Shown here: in pieces, positions 43,538 to 56,190 of the stretch
How the letters are laid out: each line of letters opens with the position of its first letter
How positions within the stretch are numbered: the first letter of the stretch is position 1
Source: Octopus vulgaris
Lineage: Eukaryota
Length of the DNA stretch: 64,000 bases
Direction of reading: 5' to 3'
NCBI GenBank assembly: GCA_951406725.2
Contig: OX597835.1
Location: 11,532,001-11,596,000 of the forward strand
The notes under the pieces: generated by a model
Database searches by the model: none
Seen by the model: the letters and a program-made list of their open reading frames with translations, nothing else
Told to the model about the DNA's origin: nothing
Program-made: the position numbers and the translations under genes

Positions 43538-43965
43538 GGCGCAGGAGTGGCTGTGTGGTAAGTAGCTTGCTAACCAACCACATGGTTCCGGGTTCAGTCC
43601 CACTGCGTGGCATCTTGGGCAAGTGTCTTCTACTATAGCCCCGGGCCGACCAATGCCTTGTGAGTGGATTTGGTAGACGGAAACTGAAAGAAGCCTGTCG
43701 TATATATGTATATATATATGTATGTGTGTGTGTGTTTGTGTGTCTGTGTTTGTCCCCCAAGCATTGCTTGACAACCGATGCTGGTGTGTTTACGTCCCCG
43801 TCACTTAGCGGTTCGGCAAAAGAGACCGATAGAATAAGTACTGGGCTTACAAAAAGAATAAGTCCCGGGGTCGATTTGCTCGACTGAAAAAAGGCGGTGC
43901 TCCAGCATGGCCGCAGTCAAATGACTGAAACAAGTAAAAGAGTAAAGAGTAAAGAGTAAAGAGTA
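43538..43965 (+). mobile_element. SINE family C, full length
   Basis: tRNA-like head (ggagtggctgtgtggtaag; gggttcagtccc), CORE-like cttgggcaagtgtctt, (gtaaaga)n tail. Confidence 0.9.
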
Positions 43966-44025
43966 AACACCTCAGTTCAAATATCTTCCGTATTATTTTC
44001 TTTTCTTTCATTTGTTTACAATCTC

Positions 44026-44079
<54 letters not shown>

Positions 44080-45279
44080 GTCTATCTCTATCTCGTTCTG
44101 TCTCTCTCTTTCTGTCTGTCTCTCCCTCTTCCTTCCCCTCCCTCCCTGTCTCTGTCTGTCTCCCCATTCTCTCCCCTCCCCCATCTATCTCTTACTGCTT
44201 TCACTTCGAGATTTCCGAACCTTAAATATACTATTTTACCGAATCTGTCAAAGGTGCTTGTCCAAGAAACTTAGTCGCAATTAAATCTTACTGATCGACA
44301 TAGAAAAATGGTTGTTCTGATACTTGTAGAACAATCTCTGTTGTGTTTTCGCATCAATAAAACACCACAGTTAAATTATTTTTTTCGGTACCGAAGCAAC
44401 AGCCAATTTGACATCATACGATTTTTCAGTACCATTGACCAAATTTATTGTGTTGCGAACAATCGTATAAGATTCCATGTGTGGCAAAGATCTGAAGCTC
44501 TCAAGATCATCTAGTTTTTTTATTGGTTTCGACTACACTTTTTCTAGCTTAGTTCCACTTTTCATTATTTTTTTTTTCAATCTACGGAGAGATAATAAAA
44601 TTAGCCTTGTTTATACATCTAGCGCATAGGTTATTTATTATATTACACCTTGTTACTGTGTGGACTGAGATCCCAGTTGACAGGCCCTTACTATTAAAAA
44701 ACAAAACAAAAGTATTAACACTCACGGTGAGCAAGTTGGTAGCCCCAGTTCCCTGTAGCTGCTGGAATTGTTGAGTGTATAAACAGATTGGTTGCCCGTT
44801 TCTCCGGAATTGGTCAAATTGATGTTGACAGTTATGCTCAGGACCCATTCAGGTTCGAAAATCGAAAAAGGTTGTTCATCATATTTTCAATCTAAGGAGA
44901 AATAGCTAAATTATCACCGTTTATATATCTACTACATAGATTGCTTCCTTCTGCTGCCTACAGGGAATACACAAACCACACATTCTTCTTCTTCTTCTTT
45001 CCTTTGACACAAATATGTCATTATCTATTTCCTTTTATACTTGTTTTCCCCTTATTAAAATTCAATCTTTCTTTTCTCTGATCAGTATTTGCGCTTAGTA
45101 TTGCTGAATGTGAGAACGTCGTTATGTCCTAAATTGCAGACTGTTTCCAGGGTCTTTTGTTATGGTAGTGATAGTTGGGAGATGTACAAATTTTATGAGG
45201 ATGTTATTTGTGTACGGGAAGTTAATGATAATAGTGAACTGTGACAGTGAATGGTAGTTAATAAATGGTAGTTAATTAA

Positions 45280-45518
45280 GGCGGCGAGCTGGCAGAAACC
45301 TTAGCGTGCCGGGCGAAATGCTTAGCGGTATTTCGTCTGGCGCAACGTTGTGAGTTCAAATTCCGCTGAGGTCGACTTTGCCTGTCATCCTTTCGGGGTC
45401 GATAAATTAAGTACCAGTTACGCACTGGGGTCGATGTAATCGACTTAATACCTATGTCTGTCCTTGTTTGCTTGTTTGTCCCCTCTGTGTTTAGCCCCTT
45501 GTGGGTAATAAAGAAATA
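45280..45518 (+). mobile_element. SINE family A
   Basis: Full length; ggtagttaat on both flanks (TSD-like). Confidence 0.9.
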
Positions 45519-45766
45519 GGTAGTTAATAAAGGAGGCATCATCTACTTTGTCGTAAGGGTTGTTGAAGCTGCAGTGTTTTACTGTTGACCAGATGACAGA
45601 ACTACAGAGCACTACCGTTCTAGAGGTTAACCCCTTTGACTGTGAAAGGAAGATATATCCACTCAAAAATTCCCCTTGCCGTTAACTGCGAACTGTGGGT
45701 TCTTATATGAATCAATCTGACTTTTGTTGAGAAAAGTCATGTTTGAAATCATTTTCAGCCGAGAGA

Positions 45767-45995
45767 GCGGTGAGCTGGCAGAATCGTTAGCACGCCGGGT
45801 GAAATGCTTAGCGGTATTTCGTCTGCCGTTACGTTCTGAGTTCAAATTCCGCCGAGGATGACTTTGCTTTTCATCCTTTCGGGGTCGATAAATTAAGTAC
45901 CAGTTACGCACTGGAGTCGATGTAATCGACTTAACCACTTTGTCTGTCCTTGTTTTTTCCCCTCTATGTTTAGCCCCTTGTGGGCAATAAAAAAA
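45767..45995 (+). mobile_element. SINE family A
   Basis: Full length; flanking duplication aaatcattttcRgccgaga. Confidence 0.9.
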
Positions 45996-47199
45996 AATCA
46001 TTTTCGGCCGAGATATGTCAAGTTTATTGAGGTAACGTGACTTACAGAAAATATCAATTCTATTTTTTTGGTATTTAACCTCATGAATGGAATGACCATG
46101 GAATTTAATTTCGCAGTGGAAGTCTTGACAGAACCCCTTTGTTTGCGCCAAGTGACTGATAAATTATATTGTGTTAATACGATAGTAAAAATGAAAGTAA
46201 CAAGGGCAGTAAATGCCTCCGTTTTGAAAAGGTAAACTAGTTGGTGCTTTGTTGTGTAGTCGGTAACAGTATCAGTTGGTAATCATTAGAAGTGCTGTTC
46301 GAAACACGTCAAAGGGCGTGGTTTATATTTTAACTTTTGTTCTTGTCAAATTGTTGCTAATACTCTATATCTAATATCATTGATGTAATTTTTCAATATC
46401 TTAAGCGGTTAATCCACTAATCCTTAATACTTACCCTTAATTTCAAATGCGTTCTCTCTGGATTCCTGTTACTACCATAGTGAACGAGATAATTGTGTAT
46501 GTCTGAGAGTACAAATTGCTTCATTTCAACTGAAAAACAGTCAACAAAAACAGTGTGTACATTTTTGTCAGCTGACGGTAACTTAACATTAGATATTTGA
46601 AATTATATAAGAACCCACAATATTGCCATTATTCCTCATAATGTGAGCATTATTTACAGCTTTTGTAGTCTAAAATGTCATCCAATATTTTACTCTCTTG
46701 GTCATTTTGTAACGGCAAAACACCAAATGAAGCATGATAATTAACTAGGTGTCTGGAACTTGTTGTGTTCCGTATTATATTCCGTGTGTCCAGCCATGCG
46801 GTTATCAAAGAGTGTCATGAAAGACTTCATCTACTTACCGTAGGCCAGAGAATAATATTTCCAGTTCTGCAGATAATATTTTAATCGTACTAAGTTCTTC
46901 GTTAATATATAAAAATATAAATCAGTTTGTGTCCTATCAACTTTTCAACAATGCATCACCTTTTGCGAAACATTACATTCTTTTCAAATTACTGTCACAC
47001 ATCGACTTTTCTTTCTACGCTCTAACATATTTAAAATGTCCATCTTAACAACTTTTCGTCTATCTCGCTTCAGCTATATTAAAACGCTACATCATCCATC
47101 TTATTTATTTACCGTTTCTATTACACAATTGTTTCCAAACTCAGTCGATTCTATCACCACTCGTTTAAGTGTGAGTGTGTATGTGTGTGACTGTACTCT

Positions 47200-47450
47200 C
47201 GTTCGACGCAGCAGCTGCAGGCTGGAAGAGGCGCCGTGGCTGGCCTCGCACCAGATGGCTGGAGGTGGTAAAAGAGAAGACCTCCAGTAGCTCGACGTCA
47301 TCTTGGAGGATGCAGAAGAGCTGTCATGAGACCGTCAGCGAGGGGAAGCACCGATTGACGTGGTGGGACCTATACACGATTGATGCCTCTGGGACAACTA
47401 ATCTGGGATGACTACAGCCCCTTAACCAAGAGCATGAAGCAAGCTGAGCA
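47200..47450 (+). pseudogene. RTE-like LINE 3' end
   Basis: GWKRRRGWPRTRWLEVVKEDL..LEDAEEL..DR matches RTE C-terminal WKRxRGRPRxxW..V.xD. Confidence 0.65.
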
Positions 47451-47735
47451 AAAAGAGGGCATATATATATATATATATATCTTTACTCTTTTTTACTATT
47501 TTACTCTTGTTTCCGTTATTTGACTGCGGCCATGCTGGCGCACCGCCTTCAGTCGAACAAATGGACCCAAGGACTTATTTTTTTGTAAGCCTAGTACTTA
47601 TTCTATCGGTCTATTTTGCTGAACCGCTAGTTACAGGGACGTATACACACCGATATCGGTTGTCAAGCGAAGGTGTGAGGGACAAACACAGACACACAAC
47701 CGCACACACACACACACATACACACACAAATGCAT

Positions 47736-47767
<32 letters not shown>

Positions 47768-47789
47768 TTATATATGTATATATATATAT

Positions 47790-48393
<604 letters not shown>

Positions 48394-49115
48394 ATATATA
48401 TATATATATATGTCGACTATGTCTCAAGTCGCGGTTTTCGTTGATTTTATCACGCTCTAGAAATGTTACATTTGCGAAAGGCTACATACATACGTGCATA
48501 CGTACATACACGGAATGGTTTTGAAAGAGGTGAAGGATATAGAGGAGAAGACATAAATCTTGTGGAGAAACTGAATCAAGCGATGGAAAGAATCAGAAAA
48601 ACATAAAGAAAATAAAAGATGACAGCGTGTGAGAGAGATGCTGTGATAGATAGGAGGAGAAGAGAAATACAGAGACAGACAGAGAGAGAGAGAGAGAGAG
48701 AGAGATTGAGTTTGGTGGATAGAGAGAAAACAAAGAGAGAGAGAGAGAGAGAGAATGAATTAGGAATTATAGTAGCGTCTACGGCGTGGAAGGGTAAGAG
48801 AAAGAAAGGAAGAAAGAAAGAGAGAGTGAGAGAAAGGACGAAAGAAAGAGATAAAGAAAGAAAGAGGGAGAGACCATATTTTTGCTACGCTGAGGAAATA
48901 TGAGGAGGCGAGCTGGCAGCATCGGTTGGACGCCGGAAGGAAAAAAAAATGCTTAGCGTTCGTTTAGTCTGTCTTTATGTTTAGAGTTCAAATTCCGGCG
49001 AGGTCGACTTTTGTCATTCGTCCTCTCGGGGATCTACGAAATAAATATCAGTTGAGCTCTGAGGTCGAGGTCATCCACCAGTGTCCTTCACCAAAATGCC
49101 AGGCCTTGGGCTATA

Positions 49116-49408
49116 GTTGTTGTTTGTTCCTTCTCGAGCCATGCCTGGCTCATAAGGGCCAGTTTCCCGGTTTCCTTGGCGAATAGGTTCCCCACCTGGA
49201 CGAGACGCCGGTCCGTCGCAGGTGAGCTGCAAGATGCAGGAGGAAAGAGTGAGAGAAAGTTGTGGCGAAAGAGTCAGCAGAGGTTTGCCATTATCTTCTG
49301 CCGGAGCCGCGTGGAGCTTAGGTGTTTCACTCATAAACACACACATCGCTCGATCTGAGATTCGAACCCGCGATCCCTCGACCACAAGTCCGCTGCTCTA
49401 ACCACTAG
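49116..49408 (-). mobile_element. SINE family D (B-like head, different 3' half resembling a V-domain motif)
   Basis: Minus strand cctgcgacggaccggcgtctcgtccagg...gaaaccgggaaactggccc..., with (aac)n tail. Confidence 0.7.
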
Positions 49409-49416
49409 TCTCAGCA

Positions 49417-49955
49417 GTATTTCGGCTGCCGCTACGTTCTGAGTTCAAATTCCGCCGAGGTCGACTTTGCCTTTCGGGGTCGATTAAATAAGTACCAGTT
49501 ACGCACTGGGGTCGATGTAATCGACTTAATCCGTGTCTGCCCTTGTTTGTCCCCTCTGTGTTTAGCCACTTGTGGGTAGTAAAGAAATAGGTATTTTGTC
49601 TGTCTTTACGTTCTGAGTTGAAATCCCGCCGAGGTCGACTTTACCTTTTATCCTTTCGGGGTCGATTAAATAAGTATCAGTTACGCACTGGGGTCGATAT
49701 AATCGACTTAATCCGTTTGTCTGTCCTTGTTTGTCCCCTCGGTGTTTAGCCCCTTGTGGGTAGTAAAGAAATAGGTATTTTGTCTGTCTTTACGTTCTGA
49801 GTTCAAATCCCGCCGAGGTCGACTTTGCCTTTCATCCTTTCGGAGTCGATTAAATAAGTACCAGTTACGCACTGGGGTCGATGTAATTGACTTAATCCCT
49901 TCCCCCAAACTTGAGGCCTTGTGCTTCCAGTAGAAAAGATTATTATTATTATTAT
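49417..49955 (+). mobile_element. SINE family A, three head-to-tail units
   Basis: Junctions aaagaaata|ggtattttgtctg; the last unit has the alternative tail ending (att)n. Confidence 0.9.
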
Positions 49956-51246
49956 TGCTATTAAAGCAGATTTTCGCAGATTTTCGTCTGTCTACATTCT
50001 GAGTTCAAATACCATCGAGGTCGACTTTGTCTTTCATCCTTTTGGGGTCGGAAAAGTAAGTACCAGTCGAGCACTGGGGCTGATGTAATCCATTAGCCCC
50101 TTCCATCAAATTTTCAAGCCTTGTACCCACAACAGAACGATTAAAGGCAGTGAAATGGTAGAATCGTTTGCACTCCGGACAAAATGTTTAGCTGCCTTTC
50201 TTCCGGCAAAAATTTTGCCGTGATTGAATTTGCTTTCAACCTTTCCGGATCGATAGCATGAATATGAGTTGAGCACAGGGTTTAATGATATATTTGACTT
50301 TACCCGCCACTCAAAATGGTGGGTCTTGTAACAAAATACTAAAGAATTACATATACTACTATTATACTTATACAATTAACAGAAACTGTCCTTGACAGAG
50401 AATGCATGCACGCCCTTTACTCACCTGATGCAGCTAAGCGTCTGATTAAAATCATCGTTTTGGGATATGCTTCTTAGATCCCTTACACAACGAAAATTCT
50501 CATCTCTCTAACTTCCAATTTGCTCTGTCTCTGATTCTCATCTAGCAAGCGGACTACTACAACATGTAGCTCTTGGAGAAAATCTTACACCGCAATAAGG
50601 AAGATGTTCAAAAGCGCACAACGTTTTATCCGTCTTTCCACCACCATCTGGTTCTGAATACAAAATCCTTCCGCTCAGAAAACCATCACATTTGCTATTC
50701 GCTTTGACTCAATTTCCATTCTATAGACAAAACGGCAACATAACTTTTTCAAACCGAATCATACTTTCACTGCTATCTGTCACGCGACCTTGTTCACCCT
50801 ACAGACTGTCACCAACTGTGAGACACCTTCCATCACTGATACCCATCAAAGCCACTGACGGCGTTGCTTCTATCACTTCAAACTGTAGACTTCGAAACTA
50901 TTCATACCAACCTATTCAATCATTTTCACTCTATAAAATATTACACAGTGAATCGTGTGAAAGTGTGCTACCATTACAAAAGTAGACAACTTCTATGGTT
51001 TTACTAAGTAATAAATTATCGCCGCCACTCATAGCATAAACTTTATCGATTTGTGATATCTTTCCAAAGACAGGACGCATAGTTACAACTGGGAACTATA
51101 GGCCCTAGTTGGCAACTAAAGGACTTGAGAACGTCAGTTTTCATACACTCAGAAATACCGGTTGTCAGGAAATGTAGGGGCAAATACAACATAAACATAG
51201 ACATTCACACTTACACGTATATATATATACATACATATATATATGC

Positions 51247-51280
<34 letters not shown>

Positions 51281-51284
<4 letters not shown>

Positions 51285-51478
51285 AGAGTTTACGAAAAGA
51301 ACAACAGAAGACGAAGACAGGTGGTGTACAAAACAAACAGCTGTATTAGTATAACGCTCAGGAATAGAAAAAGTCTTTTACGTTTCGAGCCTACGCTCTT
51401 CTACAGAAAGGGACACAGAAAAAACAAGGAGTGAAAGAAGGAGAGAAAAATTGTGTGTAGTGGCTAACGATCTATCAC
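51281..51478 (-). mobile_element. Hammerhead element family H2 (motif 51375-51410)
   Basis: Minus strand CTTT-CTGTAGA-A-GAGC gtag GCTC-GAA-ACGT-A-AAAG; in (TA)n. Confidence 0.8.
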
Positions 51479-51487
51479 ATATATATA

Positions 51488-51688
51488 TGTGATCTCTTGA
51501 GCACCACCAGCAAAAATATTTTTTCCCTGTCTTCCCTTCTCGGGATCTTTCCTTCTCCTTTGTTTCCGACGAAGAGCTCCGCTCGAAACGTTAAACCCTC
51601 CTTCCCTTCTTTCCTGAGCGTAAAATAATACTTTAATTGTTCCACGTCCTCGCGTTGCTGTGTTTTTTCTGTGTTTTCTTGTTTGGAT

Positions 51689-51693
<5 letters not shown>
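51488..51693 (+). mobile_element. Hammerhead element family H1 (motif 51562-51596)
   Basis: GTTT-CCGACGA-A-GAGC tcc GCTC-GAA-ACGT-T-AAAC; in (TA)n. Confidence 0.8.
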
Positions 51694-51754
<61 letters not shown>

Positions 51755-52733
51755 GTGTGTGTGTGTGTATGTGCGTTTATGTTTGTATACAACGAGCTTC
51801 ATTCCGCTCGCAAGGCCTAATATGCCCGATATTGTAGTAAAAGATATTTTTTTGTCGAAGGTGCGCTACAGGCAGACTGAACTCATGACCACACGGTTGG
51901 CAAACAAGCTTCCCAGCTACACAGCGTCTATATTTGCGAAACCATGTTTCTAGTGCTCCGACTTATTGCGTTGGTCACATACAAATGGTTAAAAATATCT
52001 GCGAACTTAAACTAGTTGAAACAGGAAATAGTTCTTTTTATTTATATTGGCCATAAATAGTGAGAAACGAATCATTTAACAACTAAACTTTTATAAATGA
52101 TCTTAGATCATATCGACTCGGCCATCTGAAGTTGTATAAAATATGTGACAATTCTGGATATAACAATATTTATCTCAAATTCGACGTATCTGATAAAATC
52201 AAATTTCTTGTCAAAACACATTAAAAGAGAACAAAAAACACACAATTGGTCACAAAAGAAAACAAAATAAACACAAAATGTAATAAATATCAAATCCACC
52301 AACAACAACATAAATAAGAACAAACTTGAAACATAAAAACACAGACATGAAACTAGCGACTAAAAGAATAATCGAAATAGCGTTAGTAAGAAAAGAAAAT
52401 ATTAAAAAGACTAAGCTTGGTTTTGCTTTTTTGTAGTTTTGGTCACTGATTTCCGTTGTGATCGATCCAGTGAAGTTTAAACTTCAGATGTTATACGCAT
52501 TGGGTGTCGTGTTTACTAACCATTTTATCTATAGGATGTACGAGTTCCTATTGGATATCAATAACTTGTTTTCTTTGAGGTGACAGCCGAAAGCGCGTCT
52601 TCATCGCTTTCTTCGTCTTCTTTGTGTATTTGTGTATTTGTGTGTGTTTGCGTGCGTGCATGCTGTCAGTGCTAGGAACTGATTTACGTTCCTTTCATTG
52701 TATACTACGAATAACTGGACGACGGAGTGCAAA

Positions 52734-52734
<1 letters not shown>

Positions 52735-52821
<87 letters not shown>
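52735..52821 (+). repeat. (GCC)n, about 29 perfect units
   Basis: Seen directly. Confidence 0.95.
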
Positions 52822-52825
<4 letters not shown>

Positions 52826-53071
52826 TCATCACCACCAAAAACAAACTGTACAACTTCGACTTGTAGCTCTTCTGTCCAAGAAATCCCACAAATAATGTGG
52901 AGAACAGGCTAAACCACAACCCCAAAAAGCCACCCATTTTAAGCTGTTTCCAACGAATGCAACAATTACTGCTCACATCTACCGCCAACAATCAGAGTGT
53001 AGAATTAGATAACTTTTTTTGACTAACACAGAATTCGGACATTCCTTAAGGGATGACCTGATACATATCAG

Positions 53072-53502
53072 GGATCTTTTCGGTTTGAACGGCAGTTTTT
53101 TCTAGCGGTGTCACATGAAATTGTCACCCATAATTATGACCCTAGTATCGATCTATTGCATTTCAATCTGTTTTAGGGTAGGGTTAGTTAGGGTTAGGGT
53201 TAGGGGTGAGAAGAAGGGTATCTTTTTTTTCTCAGAAATGTAAATAAACCCAATCTGTTTCTTAAACGAGGGACATATTCATACGGCACAGAATGTTTTT
53301 TTACCTCAATAAACGTATTTGATTGGTTGAAATCGCAGAAATTGAAGAAAAAAAAACAAATATCTTACAAACTATAGAATTTTCTCAATAAAACCAAGAG
53401 AAAAAGATGTTTTATAAACACATTCTACCAGTATACGAAGTTTAAAATTTTTTAGTTACCTAGAAATTATGTTAAAAACTGCCGTTTAAACCGAAAAGAT
53501 CC
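53072..53502. mobile_element. Non-autonomous TIR element with internal telomere-like TTAGGG repeats
   Basis: 29-bp inverted repeats at 53072-53100 and 53474-53502 (1 mismatch); ttagggtagggttagttagggttagggttagggg at about 53173-53206. Confidence 0.8.
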
Positions 53503-53876
53503 TTAGATAACTTTTTTTACTAACCCAAAATTCGGACATACCTTAAGGGATGACCTGATACATATCAATCCACTAATTCGTCTTAAAAATCCGAACAACT
53601 TACACAAGCACCCCACTCCCACGTTACGACTACCTCAGGTTACGGTATTTCGCGCTTAGGGAATTGGTAAAGTATAACCGTTAATTTCAGGATACGGTCT
53701 GTAATTTCGCACTTACGAAAGTTCGTATCACGTAGTTTTAAATTGTTAATTTAACACTAGGCTTTCTTAGTTCAATGGTTAATTGCGTTTCCGTTAATAT
53801 CAAAGTATATAGATAAAGATTTGAAAAACTATCATCACGTTACACATATGTATATATAATGTACAGAATGTGAGTA

Positions 53877-53935
<59 letters not shown>

Positions 53936-53939
<4 letters not shown>

Positions 53940-54152
53940 ATCCCTCGACGGATGTTACGTTCCAACCCTGACCCCCGCGATAGGTGAAAATCTACAAAGT
54001 AGAAACAATGCTGTACTGTATATTGTTTTATTATTTTTTATAATTTGTATATATTTATTTTATTATAAATGTAAAACAACACCACGGAGGAATTGATGTA
54101 AGCTTAAATAATAAACCGTGATGAGTGAACCGCGATATAGCAAAAGATTACG
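53936..54152. mobile_element. Degenerate Tigger/pogo-like MITE in (TA)n
   Basis: Starts agtaatccctcg, has subterminal ccgcgataggtgaa / cgtgatgagtgaaccgcgata, ends ...gattac; TA flanks. Confidence 0.55.
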
Positions 54153-54190
<38 letters not shown>

Positions 54191-54195
<5 letters not shown>

Positions 54196-54393
54196 ATTCA
54201 AACAAGAAAGCACAAAAAACACAACAACGCGAGGACGTGGAACAAATATGGTATTATTGGACGCTCAGGAAGGAAGGGAAGAAGGAGGGTTTAACGTTTC
54301 GAGCGGAGCTCTTCGTCGGAAACATAGGAGAAGAAAAGATCCAGATAAGGGAAGACAGAGGAAAAAAATCGCCAACGGTACACACGAGGTCAC

Positions 54394-54394
<1 letters not shown>
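54191..54394 (-). mobile_element. Hammerhead element family H1 (motif 54289-54323)
   Basis: Ribozyme motif identical to 51562-51596 on the minus strand; in (TA)n. Confidence 0.8.
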
Positions 54395-54433
<39 letters not shown>

Positions 54434-54478
54434 GAAATTTATCTGTAAAATAATATGTGACAATTATTCAATAGCCAA

Positions 54479-54539
54479 GATAAAACTCTGAGTTTCGGAT
54501 GCCGAAGTGGAAATCCACAACACCATCTCTTCGGTTATC
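54479..54539 (-). ncRNA. Type I hammerhead ribozyme (H9; CCGAAGA core) in an insert whose 3' end abuts a (GA/TC)n tract
   Basis: Minus strand GATAA-CCGAAGA-GATG..GTGGA tt TCCAC..CATC-C-GAA-ACTCaGAGT-T-TTATC. Confidence 0.75.
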
Positions 54540-56154
54540 CCAACTTTCCTCAAAACTTCACCCTCTCCTTTTCTTCCTTTCCTTCCTTCTTTCCGTCTCT
54601 CTTGTTCTCTCCCCACTCTTTCTCTCTCTCTCTGTTTCTTTCTTTCCGTCTTTCTTTCTCTCTCTTCCTCTCTCTCTCTCCTCTTCTCTCGTTCTTTCTC
54701 TCCTGATCTCCAGAACTCATGCTATCCCTCCCCCTCTCATTTTGCTCTTCTCTCTCCCCTATTCTCTTCTCCTTCCAAACCCCTCGCCTTCCTCTTCTCA
54801 ATAAACTCCTCCACCGCTGCCAACTTCAACGCAACGACTTACATTTACAAAGTTTGTACAATAAAGACTTCAGAAATGTTGTTGTTGTTGTTGGTGGTGG
54901 TGGTGATGTTGTTGTTTAGCCCTTGGCCATCACTGGCTGAAATAGACCTGTGATCCAAAACAATCCAGCCGTAAACAATCCGTCTGTTGTTTTCTGACAC
55001 ATTCAAACTCTGTCCTTCCTTTCTTTCTAAAACAATCAAATGTGATTTGAGAGAAGTTTGCATCTAATTCCACGAAGGTCACTGACCTCGCTTCTGTTTT
55101 CATGATGGCGCCATAGAATTGTCGTATTTAGTATTAGCGGTGCTGGTGTCGGCGCAGGAGGTGGCTGCGGCGGTGGTGGTGTGATGGTAGTATTAGTATT
55201 TGTATTAGTATTAGTAGTAGTAGTGTTGGTAGTGTCCTTGGTGGTGTTAGTGGTGTTGCAAATGAAGTTTGTGGTAGTGTAGTAGTGGTGGTGGTGGTGG
55301 TGGTGGTGGTGGTGGTGATAGTGTTGGTGGTCATGGTTGTGATGTTAGCGGTGAGTTTAATGGTGTTTTTGTTGCTGTTTGTGGGTGTTGTTGTTGTTGT
55401 TGTTGCTGTCGGCTTTTGTGTAATTGAAGCCGATCATTACCGTTAATTCGGATTGCACAACGATCCACCAGATACTAGTAAACAGAGCACTTAAAACTAT
55501 CATCACGGGCTTGTTTGAGTTCCACTAATTGCGATAACAATAACCGCTGATAACATTAAACTCCATTACAATAAACAAATTACGCCATGTTTAATTAGCT
55601 GGCCGGACCGCATCGAATATTCTCGGCCTTCATCCACAACCAGGTGTGAATGACATAAGTAATGAAATAATATGGCTACCATTTTACTCAATGGCTTTTA
55701 ACGCTCACTCGCCACTCTTCTTCTCATGCTGAAGACGCTCTAAAGAGGGCGCTGTTTTGTTATGTTGAGAAGGACCCTGATTATATGTCGCTCCTTTTTT
55801 TTTATTCGCTCCTCTTTCTTGATGCTGTTGCGCATGTCCTGTAAGCTTTATGGAATTGATAAACCAAATAGCATAGTCGATCGATCGATCCATCGATCGA
55901 GCAGCGACTCACGGTTGTGGGATGTGGCGGAGGCGGCAACGGCAGTGCCAGTATTGCTGTTGTTGTTGTTGGTGGTGGTAGTGGTGGTGGTTCTTTTCAT
56001 CTTTTGGTAACGGTCTATCAACTAAGTATCGCTTCATTATTAATGATGTTCCAGTTCTGGTTCCAACCGCAGATATGATTCCAATGCAAAAATCTTTCTT
56101 CTTTTTTGTTTTTAGCTATTTATTTCCTCACTTTCATTCTCCCCCTCTCTCTTT

Positions 56155-56190
<36 letters not shown>

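Noticed and set aside
50400-50990. Possible CR1/L2-like LINE remnant
   Set aside because: Too degenerate to support by eye.
53173-53206. Interstitial telomere or fusion scar
   Set aside because: Only a few degenerate units, lying inside a TIR-bounded repeat.
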